Source: Laetmonice hystrix
Taxonomy: Eukaryota
Direction of reading: 5' to 3'
DNA: 64,000 nucleotides
NCBI GenBank assembly: GCA_965235115.1
Contig: OZ249436.1
Location: 13,084,001 to 13,148,000 of the forward strand
A program made the position numbers and the translations under genes. The notes beneath the pieces were generated by a model, which searched no databases, was not told the origin of the DNA, and saw nothing but the letters and a program-made list of their open reading frames with translations. Shown here in pieces: positions 13,201 through 27,945 of the stretch (its first letter is position 1; every line of letters starts with the position of its first letter).

Positions 13201-16149
13201 GAGCCCTGTGCCAAGCGACTTCCGACGGCGCACCATTATAGGTCTTCCTTATCTTATGTAACACTCGCCCGCCCAATCGGGCCTTTCGTTTGTCAGGCTC
13301 ACTTCCAACCATGCTCGAGCTTCTCAGGCGCTACCTTACCATCAGCTAGGATATTCGACAAGGACTTCTGAAACACACGCCCATAAACTGCCAGGTTTTC
13401 TGCCAAACACTACTGCTGTCTGTCAGGGACATATTCCACGAATTTCCTACTTGCAGGATTTAGCAGAAAAATGTCATTTGCTGTAGGATTTAACTGAACT
13501 TGGCGTCAGTAGTATGTTCCATTAGATTATCGACTACTCCAGGGTGATTTGTTGGTTACTTAATAAAAACGTGCCGGAGGGTAAAAAAAGAATTGCACTT
13601 TTTTCCTTTTTCGCTTGGAGCGAGAGGCGTGAGGATAACGTGACCTGTCAATCATGGGATTGGAAAACTCGGCATCGTTCACAAACTAGGATCGCTCGGG
13701 CTAAAAATGCCAGGTTCTTTAAGGGAATGAACCTTCTTGATGTTGTCTGGTTACTAGAGTGTATCACCTTCAAGTAAGTAATCAGTATACGTAGTCTCTT
13801 CAGGTTCAATATGTATCCATATTGGACATATTGGAACAATGACTCGAAAACTGAGACTGAAATAAAAACATATCAAATGCTTCTTCCATTAAGTTCGAGG
13901 ACAAATGACTTGTATTTGACCGAGAAGCCAAGGACTGCATTGCGGCGTATAATATATCTCCTGATGACAAAGACATATGTCTAAATCTGTTTGGATGAAA
14001 AATCGAAAGGTCTTCGTCAAAACATTAGCAAAAGGACAATCTATTCTATTCTTTGCGTCATGTGACCACACCTCATAATTATGTCTTCGCAGTTATTTTG
14101 AAAAGTTTCACTAGAAAATTTACTTGATGAGTTCTTTAAGTTTCACTGGAAACTTTGAATGACTCTTGAATTTCGATCTTCTCTCCAGAGTAATAATGAA
14201 GGAAAATTTGCTGGTCAGGAAGCCAATATGAACTATGAAAGTTTGGAAATATTCCGACAATAAATCACATTTTATGGAAAAGCAATTAAAATAAGGCTGT
14301 TTCCTGTGCATGACATTGTTTGTTCAGGTTTTATACCTCATCTCTCATTGCCTTTTTTCCATATTGCTTTGAGTTTGCTTAGCGTGTGTGAAAGTAGGTT
14401 AAATGGGATAATCTTGTTTCATGGCTTACTGGAGATTTGGATCAAGCAAGCCGTACATGCAGTGCAGCCCCAAGAATGTGTGCTGAAGGGCACGTAAAGA
14501 TATGTAGGTGGGGCCATCTGTAGATAGACCTGCCTGTCCCTGCCATCTGATCGTACCTCACGGAGCGCCTCATCAGCCAGCCTCACAATCACATCAATCT
14601 GCCAATCACAGGCACCTATTTACGTTCTACACTAGATAAGGTACCGGGCCAAGTTGACTTTGTGCTGTGTATCCCTCGGGATTTTAATCAGACCTGCCGA
14701 TCTAAACACATGTCACTGTCATATCTACCAGTCCTCAAGGAAAACTCGGACCGACAGAGAAAACCGTTATCAGTTATCAGAGAAAACCCTGATCAAAAGT
14801 CTTCATACACAGATGTTCATCGCCCGACACTGATTGCTTAACATGGCGGACATTCACCAAGAACTCGTCCCAATTACATTATGTCTATCAACCCCCGACA
14901 TCACTAACCGACCTGCCGACTGACCCGCTAACCCGCCTCCTTGCAAATTTTGAACTTCTGTTTTAATCAGGACTTTAAAAACCTCTGATTTCCTAGGAGA
15001 TGTAAACAGTGCCAAACCAAGTCTCTGGAGCCGAGGTTTGCTCCTCAAGGGTGCCGGCGTGGGAGACTATATTAGTCAGGGACGGTTGGTTTGCAGACCT
15101 CGGGATCATCTGGAGACTAATCCCCCAAAGGACGGGTCAGTATGAAAGATTTAGTGTGAAATCGAGCCTGCCTTTAAATTATCTGGCTGATCACTGTCTC
15201 ATGGTTGAACAGGCCCTTCCCCACCCACGCGTACCGCCTGGACATCAAACTCTTAAAGGATGAGCCACGCCACGGCTGGTTGGTGGCCTGCTCATCAACT
15301 GAACTATGTTTGGGGGGAGGAGGGGAGGGAGGAGAACGGACCTGGTGATAGTGGCGGCAATGGCGGTGAGGATGAGATGGGTCGGGGTGATGGTGATCGA
15401 GCCTCTTTCAGGACATTAGCGTCCTAAAGACATAGCGTCTATATTTGTGAACATCTAACAGAAAGAGTTAAAGAGATGAACCATTAACAAGTCGATGGCT
15501 CTGGGTAATTAGGTGTGATCTCTACCCATCAGCACGACATGCATGTGTAAATAATTTGGTGATGTACAAATTCCACTGTAGGCGGCCCAGCTCAGGACTC
15601 GGGGGGGGGGGGGGGGGGGGCTACCACAGCTACAGGCAGTAAAGACTGGTAGGACCTAGAATAGGTTGCTATGTAGGTGAGGCCGTACAGGAAACGCTTG
15701 TTATGAAGAAAAACTTCAGCCTATATCAAATCAGATCCTGTATTGACCGAGGCATCCCATCAGTTGCTATGGCCACAGGACATTGATAATATGGCAGCAC
15801 CATGAGAGATTTATATTGCAAGATGCCAGACCTGCTGCAGGAATTGCTGGTAATTATGTTTTCTGATAGGTTGGTGGGATTTCCAGACCAATAAGTTTTA
15901 CAGCTTGCTAACCCTCAGGTTACAACTTGACACAGACACATAAGAAAAAATGCAGATGTTCTAAAAAAATACATGCATTAGAACGCCAAATGTGACAGAT
16001 CTAAATTCACCATTTATAGCACCATTTAATATATGCTAAAACAAGGATATTTCTAAACTATTTGGATTTACTGCATATTATTTTCAATTAATGCACTTTC
16101 ATTTTAAAGATCTCAACACCCAACGATTCTGCTGTAGTCTGGCATGGCT

Positions 16150-16318
16150 CCTGTCTGTCTCTCTGTCTCTCTGTCTCCACCACCATTACAGAGTATATAG
16201 TCATTACTGTCTGTCTCTCTGTCTCTCTGTCTCCACCACCATTACACAGTATAGTCATTACTGTCTGTCTCTCTATCCACCAACATTACACAGTATAGTC
16301 ATTACTGTCTGTCTCTCT
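16150..16318. repeat. Degenerate ~50-bp tandem repeat with CT-rich tract, ~3 copies
   Basis: CTGTCTGTCTCTCT...CCACCA(C/A)CATTACA..GTATAGTCATTA occurs three times. Confidence 0.85.
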
Positions 16319-19158
16319 TATAATCTCTTCTGTACTCTACTATACAGCGGGCGTCTCCGTCTATCCTACAAAATGGTAAGTGGGAGGAAAATCTTATTTG
16401 GCTAAAAACTGGTTTATTTTTACTTTTTACTGTTTTTACAGTATTATTTCTAAGAAAGATCAGTGCAACTCACATGGGTTTACAAGGGTATACATAGTGT
16501 ACATACCATTATTTCAGTTACTGGGCATTCATTGCACCAACATAACGTATAGGCTTTCCACTCTATCATACCTGTAATCTAGAGTTATTGATTTATCTAC
16601 TCCACAGATACAAATTAAATTAAATTATTTCTAATTTACCTTTAACGAATTTATGCTTTATTTCGATGTCTTATATCATACAAGGTAACGAACCTTTAAA
16701 GATGAACCTCGCTTGACGGTTCCATCATACTCTCATTTTAAATGGCACGTCAAAGAGAAATATTGAGCGCAGCTAGGATGCCGTCTAAATATGAATGAAA
16801 ATTGCTACTGTTTAAGCTATATGTAATTACCTCAAAGCCATGAACACCTGATCGAGTAAAGCACTCATGGATAAATGATATGCTACTTGTATCGCAGCAC
16901 CGCATAGCATCGATTTCGATGATGGACGTTTAAATATGCAAATTGGACACTTTGAAATGTCACATTTTTGTTTTCAATAAAATTCCCAACAAAATTCAAA
17001 TGAATGAACAACAGGTACAGCTGTCTTACTGTCCCAGAAATAGTGCTTTGCTGTGGCATTCAGATGTTCCTGTTTAATGCATGATAAGGCCTCGTAGAAG
17101 GTTCGCTGCCGTTCTGTTCTCCCCATTCTACTCGTCAATCTTCCGCTTTATTTTTCCATCTTTAGGTCATTGATGAATGAGGAGATAGCTGGAGATTGAC
17201 ACCAGCTCTGCTACAAAGGGCTCAACACCAATTTCAACCGAGTCAATGTTGATTTAAGTCTGACATCATTCATGTCAGAAACAACCAATTAAAGAAGCTA
17301 ACTCAGTCAGTGTTCTCATACCAGTTGAACCCTAAGAAGTTAGGAAATACAATAGACATATATCCTACACCTAGAAAAATTGCAAAACAGCTTAAAATTA
17401 CAGATCTAAATTATTGCTCGTTTTAAAACAGTCATGTATTCGATCCTATTTCAAAATAATACATTGAAACAGTGAATCCGGGACGAGTTAGACATGTTTG
17501 GAATTTCCTACGGAGGGGTTTTACGTCCTTCTTTTACCATTAGCCCTTTCACTGTGACTGTCGCCGCCTTCACTCTCTGTGGCTAATGACGGCTGGTCGT
17601 GTGATTGCCAGACACCTGCAGGTTCAGGAATGTGTTTGTGCATACCAGTAGGTAACTTCTTAGGCAGCAACATGAACTGAAGCAGACATGTTTGTATATG
17701 CCTCCTGATAATGATGACTCAAAACAGACGAGGGTTTCTAGCCTTGCAGCCGAGGAAATAATACATCAGGATACTGACATGTACACCCACACCCATGGCA
17801 ATCAATAGTGTAACGGGGCAAGCCTGCACACATCTGTGGCTATTGTGGTCAGCCCAGGCTCTACGCTTTCAAAAAGATATAAGCGTCTTTCTAGGTAAAT
17901 ACTGTGACGGGATTCCCTCGGGTCTCTGTGTGATAGATTAAATGTGTTTATTATTACGCGAACGTTCTCCACGGACATAATTATCTCTCAACCATTGACA
18001 TGAAGAGCTTGATTTATATTTTTTCTATTTTTTTTCAAGATCTTCAGAGCCTGAGGGACAATTTCTGTTACTATACTCAAAAGGGTCTCTCAGCTACTGT
18101 ATTCACCCTAGACAGCCCCACCCCCAGCCACACCCCCATCACCGCCGGCGCCACCACCAGCCACCCACACAAACATAATCCTGAAAGGCATATACAGGCA
18201 CAAGCCCCTCACCATTAACTGCCCGTACTGTTGCTGAAAGCCACTCATCTACACAGGTATAGAAATCGCAGGTAGCAATTATTACCATGCACAGTGAGGT
18301 AAGAGTGTAGTCACGCTAAAGGTAACACAACTTGCACATACCACATCCCTCAGCCTACAGAGTCACGCTACTACACTCAATCACCACATTCCTTTCACAA
18401 CCACCCTCTAATACCTTTTCACTTTTACCCATGACGAGACCCCAAACACCAGAATATTTCTAAAATTTTCACTGTTCGACAAGTACTTCCTTTTACTTTT
18501 GCTTTTGCGTGTATATTTCGGCTACAGGTCTGTATTTCTTGAAAGACGGATCGGGCCCATGTACCGTTGTAGCCATTTCTACTTCTGATTGACTCTGGGT
18601 TAGCAATATGTAATGCTGAATGGTTATTACTACTTCAGTTACGTCTATATTTCAGTTTGAACATTTTTATTGAGTTATCAGTATTCAGCTGAGTATCAAA
18701 CCAAAGGCTGTTTCAACTACAGGGAAAAACGCCAAGTTAATATTTCATTACTTTAATAATAACAGTAAACACATAACGGCTCAAATAGACTATATACATA
18801 TTTAATGGGAATAATTTGTGGTCTTTTCATGGTAGTTTGAAAGAATCCAGTGATGCTTGTCGATCCATCAATACCAACTGTCCCCACACAAATAATAACT
18901 GCATTGAACAAATCTGTGAATGCAGCTGTTTCCGATTCAACTTCTGATGACGGCGTCGCTTGGCACTTGGCCATTTATCGGCACTGAAATAACACGGCTG
19001 CAGCCACATTCTTCACGGATGTGCATGTTCAGGGTCAATTCAATATAAGAATAAAAGGTGATAAACACACCAAGCCACACAATTCTTCACCGAAATTTAG
19101 ATGGTTAAATAAGCTGGCTTTCTAATACGTTGCCTATAAGAAAAATCAAACACTTTTT

Positions 19159-19368
19159 TTGGCTACTTTCAGTATACTGCTTACAGTATTGCCTTCAACT
19201 TTGGCTACTTTCAGTGTACTACTTACAGTATTGCCTTCAACTTTGGATACTTTCAGTATACTACTTACAGTATTGCCTTCAACTTTGGCTACTTTCAGTG
19301 TACTACTTACAGTATTGCCTTCAACTTTGGCTACTTTCAGTATACTACTTACAGTATTGCCTTCAACT
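19159..19368. repeat. 42-bp minisatellite, 5 copies
   Basis: Unit TTGGCTACTTTCAGT(A/G)TACTACTTACAGTATTGCCTTCAACT; explains the repetitive ORFs at 19130-19396. Confidence 0.96.
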
Positions 19369-21959
19369 TATACAAAAGAAAACTGTTAGTTCATAAAAAG
19401 ATATCTGAGCCTGGTAGCGAGATACAAATGGACGATTGGGATGAACGCTTTTCACAACCGTAGACCGACGTGTTCTTTCCGGGATTGTGACACAGACACA
19501 TTGTAGGCCTACCACTGAATAAAACGGTTTTTATCACCCAGGTTCCTCACGGGTCTATGTGATGTAGGTGGACACCAACCCGGCGGAGTGGTCTGGCCAT
19601 ACCGGCCGCCCTCCCTCAGGGCCGGGTTGGAGTAGTGCTCGGCAGACGGGCAGGTTGGCAGCGCCGACCCGGCTCCAGGTGCTCCGTACCTGACCGCCGC
19701 CTGTCAGTTAACGACGTGCTCTAGTCCTGCTTGGGTCATGACCTCTACTACCGCCCGCCGCCCCAGGCCCAGCCGGCCAAATGACAGGTATATCCTGGAC
19801 CTCCGTCCTCATTCTACATGATCAAACAGACCCAGCCCCTGCACCCACCCCCACCCCGCCACTCCCGCTCAGTCAACCCCTGACAGATAGCCCCCGCTCA
19901 CTGCTTGTTAAACGTTGACACCGTAAGATTGGAGGTGGTTAAAGCAGGCCCTGCCACTAATCCGTTATCAGCATGTCATTACTGTCTCCAGTCCGGGTAA
20001 AGTATTCATGGGATTACAGCTCAACATCAAAAAGACCTTTTCAAACTGATGAGGCCGCCATTTTATGACATAAGAAATCCATCCGGCTTCGTCTCCCTCA
20101 ATGGAGATAGGTACCGTGTATATTTAATACTAATCCATACATAATGCTGTGAGGGTCTACGTCCGCCATAAAATGCTGGGTCCTGCACTAATTGTATTCT
20201 GCTAATACAAAGAAACAGTGCTATTCTCAGTGATATCCCACAGACAGAATGCCATTATCCTCATCATAATTGTCTTGCCACAGAATGATTACCTCAGACT
20301 TGTTTTCAATGCGTGGTGTGTATCCGGATATTCTCTTAATTATAACAGCCCTTTTACACTATCGGCCTCACATCCTTGCATTGTCTCTGCAGTAATGGTT
20401 CCAGAACTGCGTTCACACTTCCAAGCACTGGATTCATGGTTAATTAGGCATAAACAATCCTCCTTCTGCAAAGGATTACTTCTGCCTCGTCGGCTCTAGT
20501 TGGCCATATAAAGTGTCTCTGAGTGGTACTAAAGATAGCAATCCAGATGGAATGGTCATGTGCACGGAAAGGTCATGTGACACGAGCTTTCCAAACGGCA
20601 GATCAACATTCAGCCATCAATAGCAAAGGTCTGTCATGCCATTGGTGGTGTATGATTGGAGAATGACAGCGCCGAGGTACTTACTGGCTGTCCTTATTGC
20701 CACCATTAACCGTTATGTTTTCTGGGACGGCGAAGTGTTATCATAGTCCACGGGATAAAACAGATTTACGGACACTGGACGTTTGACTAACCAGCGGTCA
20801 AAGGGGCATGATGGAAGAAGGTGAAGCTTGTTGTCGCCCGGTCCCTCGCCGTTAATTAGTGCACTGGACACAAGTTCCTGGATCCCACAAAACACCAAGT
20901 GCTGGAGAGACCTCCTACACGTTTATCTTCAGACAAATTTCAAACACAAATCTGCCGTAAAAATTGCATTTTATCTCTCTCTCCAGGTATATTTCACACT
21001 TGCCGAGTTTTGCAAACGAATCTCCGACAATATTGACGTATAAAACTACACCAGAGGCGAACAAATATGGAAAAAGATCAAAACTTGCCCAAGATATATT
21101 TCAAAATCAAACCTCTTACGAAGCCAATGCCTATATTGACTGGGGCCGACAATCTGCCGTAAAGCTGCACCAGGCTGTTAGTCCGGGAAAGAATCACTGC
21201 AAAACTATCAATAAAGAAATATTCTGATTTTTTCTGACTTAGCTATCTCTTTGCTTATATTGAACTTCCTAAAAACTGCAGTGTGTTACTGTTCCTCGAA
21301 AACTAGACATCCTCTGTATGGAGCTACTGCTATGTCGACTCGCTAATGAGTCAGATTCTACATATCGCTGGACCAGACTACATCTGTTAGTGCCGCCTGG
21401 AATAACCCGGTTAACAGCTGGCTCTTATGAGAATCACAATCAGCGCCCAGACTCAAACTGATACATTGGTCCCGTGTCTTGAACGTGTGCCCTTACCAGA
21501 TTCTGTTCTACACTCTTAGTGCTACACAACACGTAACTTCAGGTTACCTACAACGGAAACCAATCCAACTGCATGAAAACTAGATTTCAATAACTATATA
21601 CACTTTGGAAGATTCCATACGGTTCCTTTGAGACATGCATCGATCGATTATTCCATTACCTCTCCTAATTATGTCCTTTACATAAGTTCCAATCCATTTC
21701 GCGCCAATCTTCTTCCAATATGCAATGTTCCGCTATTCCATCAAATTACTTCGAAATGTATATACGTTGATAAACAGCATCCTTTTTGGGCATAACCTGC
21801 TCCGAGAAAGGCCGAATCCACGCTAAGTTGGCTGCCCTCTCCCCCGCCTCCCCATATCCTCAAGTCATCTCCCCACTGAGGCCGCCTGGAAAGGTTCTGG
21901 ATATTCCGGTGCCGATATGGGTGTGCGTCTCTTGGTGCCACAGTCCCCAATGTCGGACA

Positions 21960-22019
21960 ACACCCCCCCCCACCACCACCACCACCCCCACCACTGCCAC
22001 CACCACCCCCACCACCACC
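21960..22019. repeat. (CAC)n low-complexity repeat
   Basis: CCACCACCA run; source of the poly-H, poly-T and poly-W ORFs. Confidence 0.9.
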
Positions 22020-25000
22020 GTACCCTCAGTGACCACTCATGTTGTCCAGCTGGATTCATTGTCAGGCTGCGTATCATGGAATCCCTGATAAGCAATGGAG
22101 GACCATGTTTTGCCATCACCGAATGTACACCCTACTCTGCTATGTCAACAGCCACACAACCTTACCAACTGGGGATTTCCATATGCAGCCACATTTCAGC
22201 CACATCCTTCCATTCTCCTGCCACATATTTGCCACATGTTACCATGGTGAGCCCACCGGGCCATCATGGCTTCTTTTGTTTCAAGTCATGCACTATTATG
22301 CATCGAGGACATTAGAAATTGACAACTGGTGTTTGCCAAGGCTCGCACTCAGTATAAGGGAACACGCTGCTGTTTGCTAGCCTGGCTGCCATGTTGGCAA
22401 GCCCCGAACTACGTCAATTTCCCTACAGAGCCTGCCGGCCCCATGACCTGCCGCGGTGGTCAGGGCCGGCCGGTCCTGTCCCCCCTCCTGCCCCGCGTAT
22501 ATACTTTATAGCCATATGTTGCCGTGCCTTGGCTCCAGTGGGCCCAGTCCGACTGCCTCTACTGACAAGGCAGCCGTCCCCTGGCAGCCAGCGGTACTGC
22601 TGTTGCTTCCTTCTAGACTGTCACATTGATAAATAAATCAATACTGCTGCATCACGGCAATTCAACATTCTGTGACTGACCATCCTGCCCGTGTCCTTGC
22701 GTGGCTCGCCATGGTCAATAAGTCCCTCCAAGATATAACGGAGCGCCGCCTCCGGCCTGAGGCTGACGGTGTCGGCATGAATACCCCAACGTCACGACAA
22801 GAACACACTGACACACATATGGCCATTAAACCCGTGTAACCATTTTGTGGGTAATTCAACCAGAACTGGGTTAATGAAACCATGTAATCTCTCACCAAAT
22901 TGGTAAAAGGAGAGCGAGTACACATCCTCCATTTTCCCCACAGAGTCTGCTGCCGATATACCACACATGCAGACATGCATATTTCCACATTTCACAACGC
23001 GATAATTAGAGAGGAAGGCTGCCGACAGAACTCTCTGAAGGGCGACCGAAAAAAAGCCATTAGTAGTCGCATGCCAAGCGAATAGAACCTTTCAAAAATA
23101 CCAACTGTTGCCCAAGACCAGGCAGTGGGACAGTTAATCTAATAGAAATGGGTTCATTTATTTTAGGGAGAGAATTCCATTAAACCCTCCGGCGTCTGGC
23201 TGCCATTGCCTCCACCTTGTCACAAGCACTTCTGCCTTAGTTACACATGGTTTCCACTTACACGTGCGGTCCTAGCCCAGCGCACGTGTGTGCACACACA
23301 ATCAAGTAGACTTTTTTCATTATTCTTAAGATCCCACAATGTGCCGTTATTTGCCCAAAAAATGATCTTGCCCTAGATTTTCTACTTGGGTATCCTGTTA
23401 TTAGGTCATGTTTGCTTCAGATCTCTGTTCTACAAAGGTTCTATCCTGTTACAAGATTGGATTATTGTCATACGGATGCCAAGCCTTCAATCCAATTTGT
23501 CAAGATGCATTCAGATCTAATGTCAAAGAATTACCCTTCTTTTACACCTATGAATTCCTCAAGGCATGTACTACAAATCAAATATTTTTCTTGGAGTGTG
23601 ATATAAAATGAGGGGAGAAGGGGTTGAACAGCGACGCAACGGTTGACCAGGCCCTGTTTATTGACTGCCAGGATCGAAGGTTGAACGCTTGCAATTTGTG
23701 TGGCAGGCTTGAAACATCTCCTCAGCCCGGTTCTCCTGATACTTGCCACGAAGTGAGGTCCAAGAAACGGTTTGTCAAGCTGTGTACTATCTCTGTCAGC
23801 AGCCCAACGCCAGCCCCAGGCAATGGGGTAGATTTAATGTCCAGAAAATATGTTAAGAATATGCAATTCTATAAACAAGCCAAAATATTCCCTGTCTTTC
23901 CGCACCCAATTATGCAGACCTTCGTGGTATAACTGTGCTGTCTGTAAAAAAGAACTGTGGAGTTGATAGGCAATCAACAGCAATTGTCCCCCCATTGCAT
24001 GGCTTCCCTAATAAGGACTCTAGTGCTTGATCTACATTACAGGGTGGCTACGGCACACGAAGACTTGATGTTGGCCTCGTGCCTCAGCAGCTAAATACGG
24101 TAGACTTCCTATCTGACGAGGGGAAATAATGACAGGGCTGGAGTCGTTGGGCGTAACGAGGAATCTGGTCTATGGTTGGAGTATTCTCTCCACAGCTCTC
24201 CACCACAAGCCTCACAACACGTCTTGGATCCCTGGCGGTCACCATAGGAAACCTCTGAGAAAAAACAGAACAGAATCAAAGATATCAGCAGTGGAGGCCG
24301 GTTTGGTTTTGGCGATAGCCGGACATGACAGGAGAGCAGGTGGGATCAAGCCTGTAGGGGGGGGGGGCGGTGGAGGGGATCCATGTGAAGACGGAGGCCG
24401 GGGGAGGAGGCTCGTCGCTGGTTAATTGGCAGCGGCGGCCGGCAGGCTGAGCCGGCCAAGGCGGGCTGCTAAATGAGATGTGATATACGGGGAGGGAGGA
24501 GGGCACTAACTGTCCGTGGCAAGGCGTTGTTTCTGAGCCGGTTTGGGCCTGCCTCCAACCACCCTGCATGGCTGACACCCCCATTGATCTGTCCCACTTT
24601 CCCTTCAAGTCTCGCCTTGGTGGAGGCCAGCAGCAGAGAGGCTGATCAGCATGGCGGTGGCAGCGCCAAGCGGTGCCGGTTCTGGTTAGTGGCACCCGGC
24701 GCGGTGTCTCTCTGCCTTAGCTGGATGGCAGAGAGGTGTTCCCGGCTAGGGTGGACGGTAGCGCCTGACCCTGGTCGTGGCAGCCAGCGTGTCGCTCGCG
24801 ATGACTAAACACCGCCCTGGAGGCAGTGAGCTGTGAAAGATGAACCCTCACCTGTCTCCTCCACTCGCCAGCCTCACTCCATCCTCTACACTTGACGGCC
24901 GGCCACCGGGGTCTCTCTCCCGCTACCAGACCTTAAGACCATTAAGCCGCAGTATATCAGTCAGCCAGCTTACAGCGCACCCTCCCTTGTCAGAACTAAA

Positions 25001-27475
25001 CCAGCCTATCTGTAATTGCATCCACTAGGAACATCGCAGTCTTCTCCCCAATGAAGTAGATGTTCTTCGGTCCGGGATTAGTGGCCTATAATTCCAATTA
25101 CGCTGACAGGAACGACTCACAGGAAGAGTATAGCTTTGTTATTCTAAACGGAACTCTTACCTTGTCAGAGATACTTGGCTTAGGTACACCATACAATATT
25201 TGCCTGATAAACGGGCAGATGTGAAACGTTACAGGCTTTCCACTGTAGGATAAAAAAAACAGTTCATACATATATATCTAGAATTGTCCTCACTCCTGAC
25301 ACCAGCCAGACGATTGGCGGCAGAGATATCTACATAACATAAGGGTAAAATCACTTCTAGACTTTAAACAATGCATGCATCATGTAGTCGTATGTAAAGG
25401 GAAAAGCTGCCGGCAGCCTTGCAGTTTTCATTCCAAGGTTATCCCCGTGTTTCCCAACAAGAAGCAGAATAATCATTTGACAGAACCTTGCCATATAAGG
25501 GCTTACATGAATACATAAGGTGTAATAGTTACGAGAGCTTTACACGGGCTTACATCGGAAGCTTGCTGACATGTTGCAGCAAGTAATACAGGAGGCGGCA
25601 GTGGGAACCATCAATAGTGACGCCACGGGAGTCGATCAGGCAGCACATATTGTGCCATCCATCCTATCCGGGAAGTCCCATAAAAAGCCTTCAAACATTA
25701 ATATGACAGGATCAAAGCAGGGCCCAACTTAGGGGACAAGCATACCTGCCATGTAATCTACATATCTGTTCAATTGATCAGAGACTGTTTGATGGAAAGA
25801 GCCAACATTATGTTCGATCCTCGCCTGCCAGACTACACACTGTGAAACTTGTTCCCTCGAGTCGTGCCAAAATAAACCAATGTGAGTGAAATTTAATGAG
25901 CACCTGGGCACATCCGCAACAATCAGCACTGGGCGCCTGCCAAATACTGGTGTCGCCGCAGCCACAGATATACACAACTCTCTGTCCAGATACAATCAAA
26001 ATGACCTAACATCCATACACAGGCTCAACTCCCGGAAAACAGTTCCACCCACAGCAAGTGCACACCAGTTTGTCAGAGTATGTCACAGTTGTGAGTCTGC
26101 ATGCTCCGGGTACGCTAGCTAATATCAAGCTTGTGTGGCCATGAATGGGACTTTTGTCTGATGCCCAGCCAGCATGATCCCACATTCAGTCAGCAAATCA
26201 GTGCACGTGAGTGCCAATGTTGTGGCGGCCCAATGTGCACCAATGTTAATACAAAATACATGTCTCAAAGAACAGCAAATCACAGCGCCAGGCTCGGCAG
26301 CCGGTGGGGTGCGGTGAGGTGGGGTGGGGGTAATACCAAAGCTGGTGGCAGACTGTAGCGCCGGATGGCAGAGCGAGGCGGGAGTGTGACCGTGACGTCG
26401 TCATCATGGAACCACCACCGATCAAGGTCCTTCCCGCCCAACCTGACCCCGCCTCGCGGTGGGAGGTCATTGCTTCCTGCTACCGTGTCCGCCACATACA
26501 CCTGGGGTGACACGACCTTCGATCTGCTACTCAGCAATCCAACAAACGTGTGACGATCTTCCATGCCATCATCAGAAACAACTGGTCGTTCCCGTTTTTC
26601 TTTGCTTGTGGTCAAAAAGTCAAATTCACCTTTCAATGAGTCTGACAATCACCGTTTCCGACAAATGCTATTTTCGTATTGAAATGTACCGCATATAGTG
26701 GGGCAGATAAGACCAAAAATACAGACCAATTGTGCATTTTGTGATAAAAGCATGAGAATTTTCACAGAGTAACCTGGGACCATACTCTTTATTTTAAGAT
26801 AGGGAGGCATCCTGGATCCTGCCTGTGAGGCCTGTTTTAGCGTTTTGTTGCCTAGCAACAGTAACATGCTTAGCAACTGGCCTCATACGGTTCCAAGGAG
26901 ATAAAGAAACACACCTACCCACACTAAAGTCATATCATGGGTTAACATGGTAACATCAATTATTCCATAATACCAGCCCGTTGCCTAGCAACAGATCTTG
27001 GGTGTGAGACCTCCTTAGCAACGGGCTACCCCATCCTGATAAATGTAGCTTTCAGTAGAGAAATCATAACAAGACGATGTCCAGTGTCTTACTGTTCATT
27101 TACATACATGTGTAGTCTTACTGTTGCCTAGCAACGAAGCTTGAATGACTCAGTTGGGGGGTTTTCTTCATATAGAGAGGCATCAGGAATCCTCCTTATA
27201 TGAAGCTGGGCACCAGTTAGGAAAATAACATAACTACGCGACTTGGTATCAGCTTTGCTTGGCTTCATATGGCTGCAAGAAGAAAAAGAAACACACCTAC
27301 CCACACTAAAGTCGTATCACCGGTTAACCTGGTAACATTAGTCATTCCATAACAGCAGCCCGTTGCCTAGCAACAGATCTTGGTTCTGAGACTTCCTTAG
27401 CAACGGGCTACCCCAACCTAATAAATGTAGCTTTAAGCAGAGAAACCAGACTAAAACGATATCCAGTGTCTCACT

Positions 27476-27945
27476 CACTCAGGATTTTTAAGACGGGGGG
27501 GGGGGGGGGGGGTGCCATGGAAAAAGGGCACTTTCTCAACCCTAACCCCCCCCCTCCAGTGAGTAGCCTAGACAGTCAAATAAAAGTGGCATATAGGCCT
27601 TTGCACATATCGACAAGCCGTAGTTAGAAATTTCGGAGTGTGGGGACAGTCAGGGGTGGATCCAGAAATTTGGTGAAGGGGGTGTCCTCCATGATGCGAG
27701 CACCGAAGGCACAAAGCCATCTATGGGGGGGGGGTCTGGGGGTCCTCCTCCAGAAAAAAATTAAAATTACAGTGCCAAATACGCGATATAGACCAGCCTT
27801 TAAGGGTATAATAAGCCTAGACAATTGGACATTTAAATTTTAAAAATCTTTCGTAAAATAAAAAAGGCACTTGTGGGGAGAGAAAAGGGCACTTGAGGCG
27901 AGGGGGTGCGGACCCCCTGAACCCCCCCCCCCCGATCCGCCACTG
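27476..27945. mobile_element. MITE with 5-bp TSD inserted in the Academ left arm
   Basis: TCACT is duplicated at 27471-27475 and 27946-27950. Right end GATCCGCCACTG; left end degenerate. The segment is absent from the matching position of the right arm. A second CAGGGGTGGATCCAG terminus at 27651 suggests further nesting. Confidence 0.75.

Noticed and set aside
16018..16040. miR-29-like start TAGCACCATTT
   Set aside because: The match ends after 11 nt and no complementary hairpin arm is evident.
21786..22380. Overlapping poly-His, poly-Thr and poly-Trp ORFs
   Set aside because: Driven by a (CAC)n repeat; no domain or splice support.
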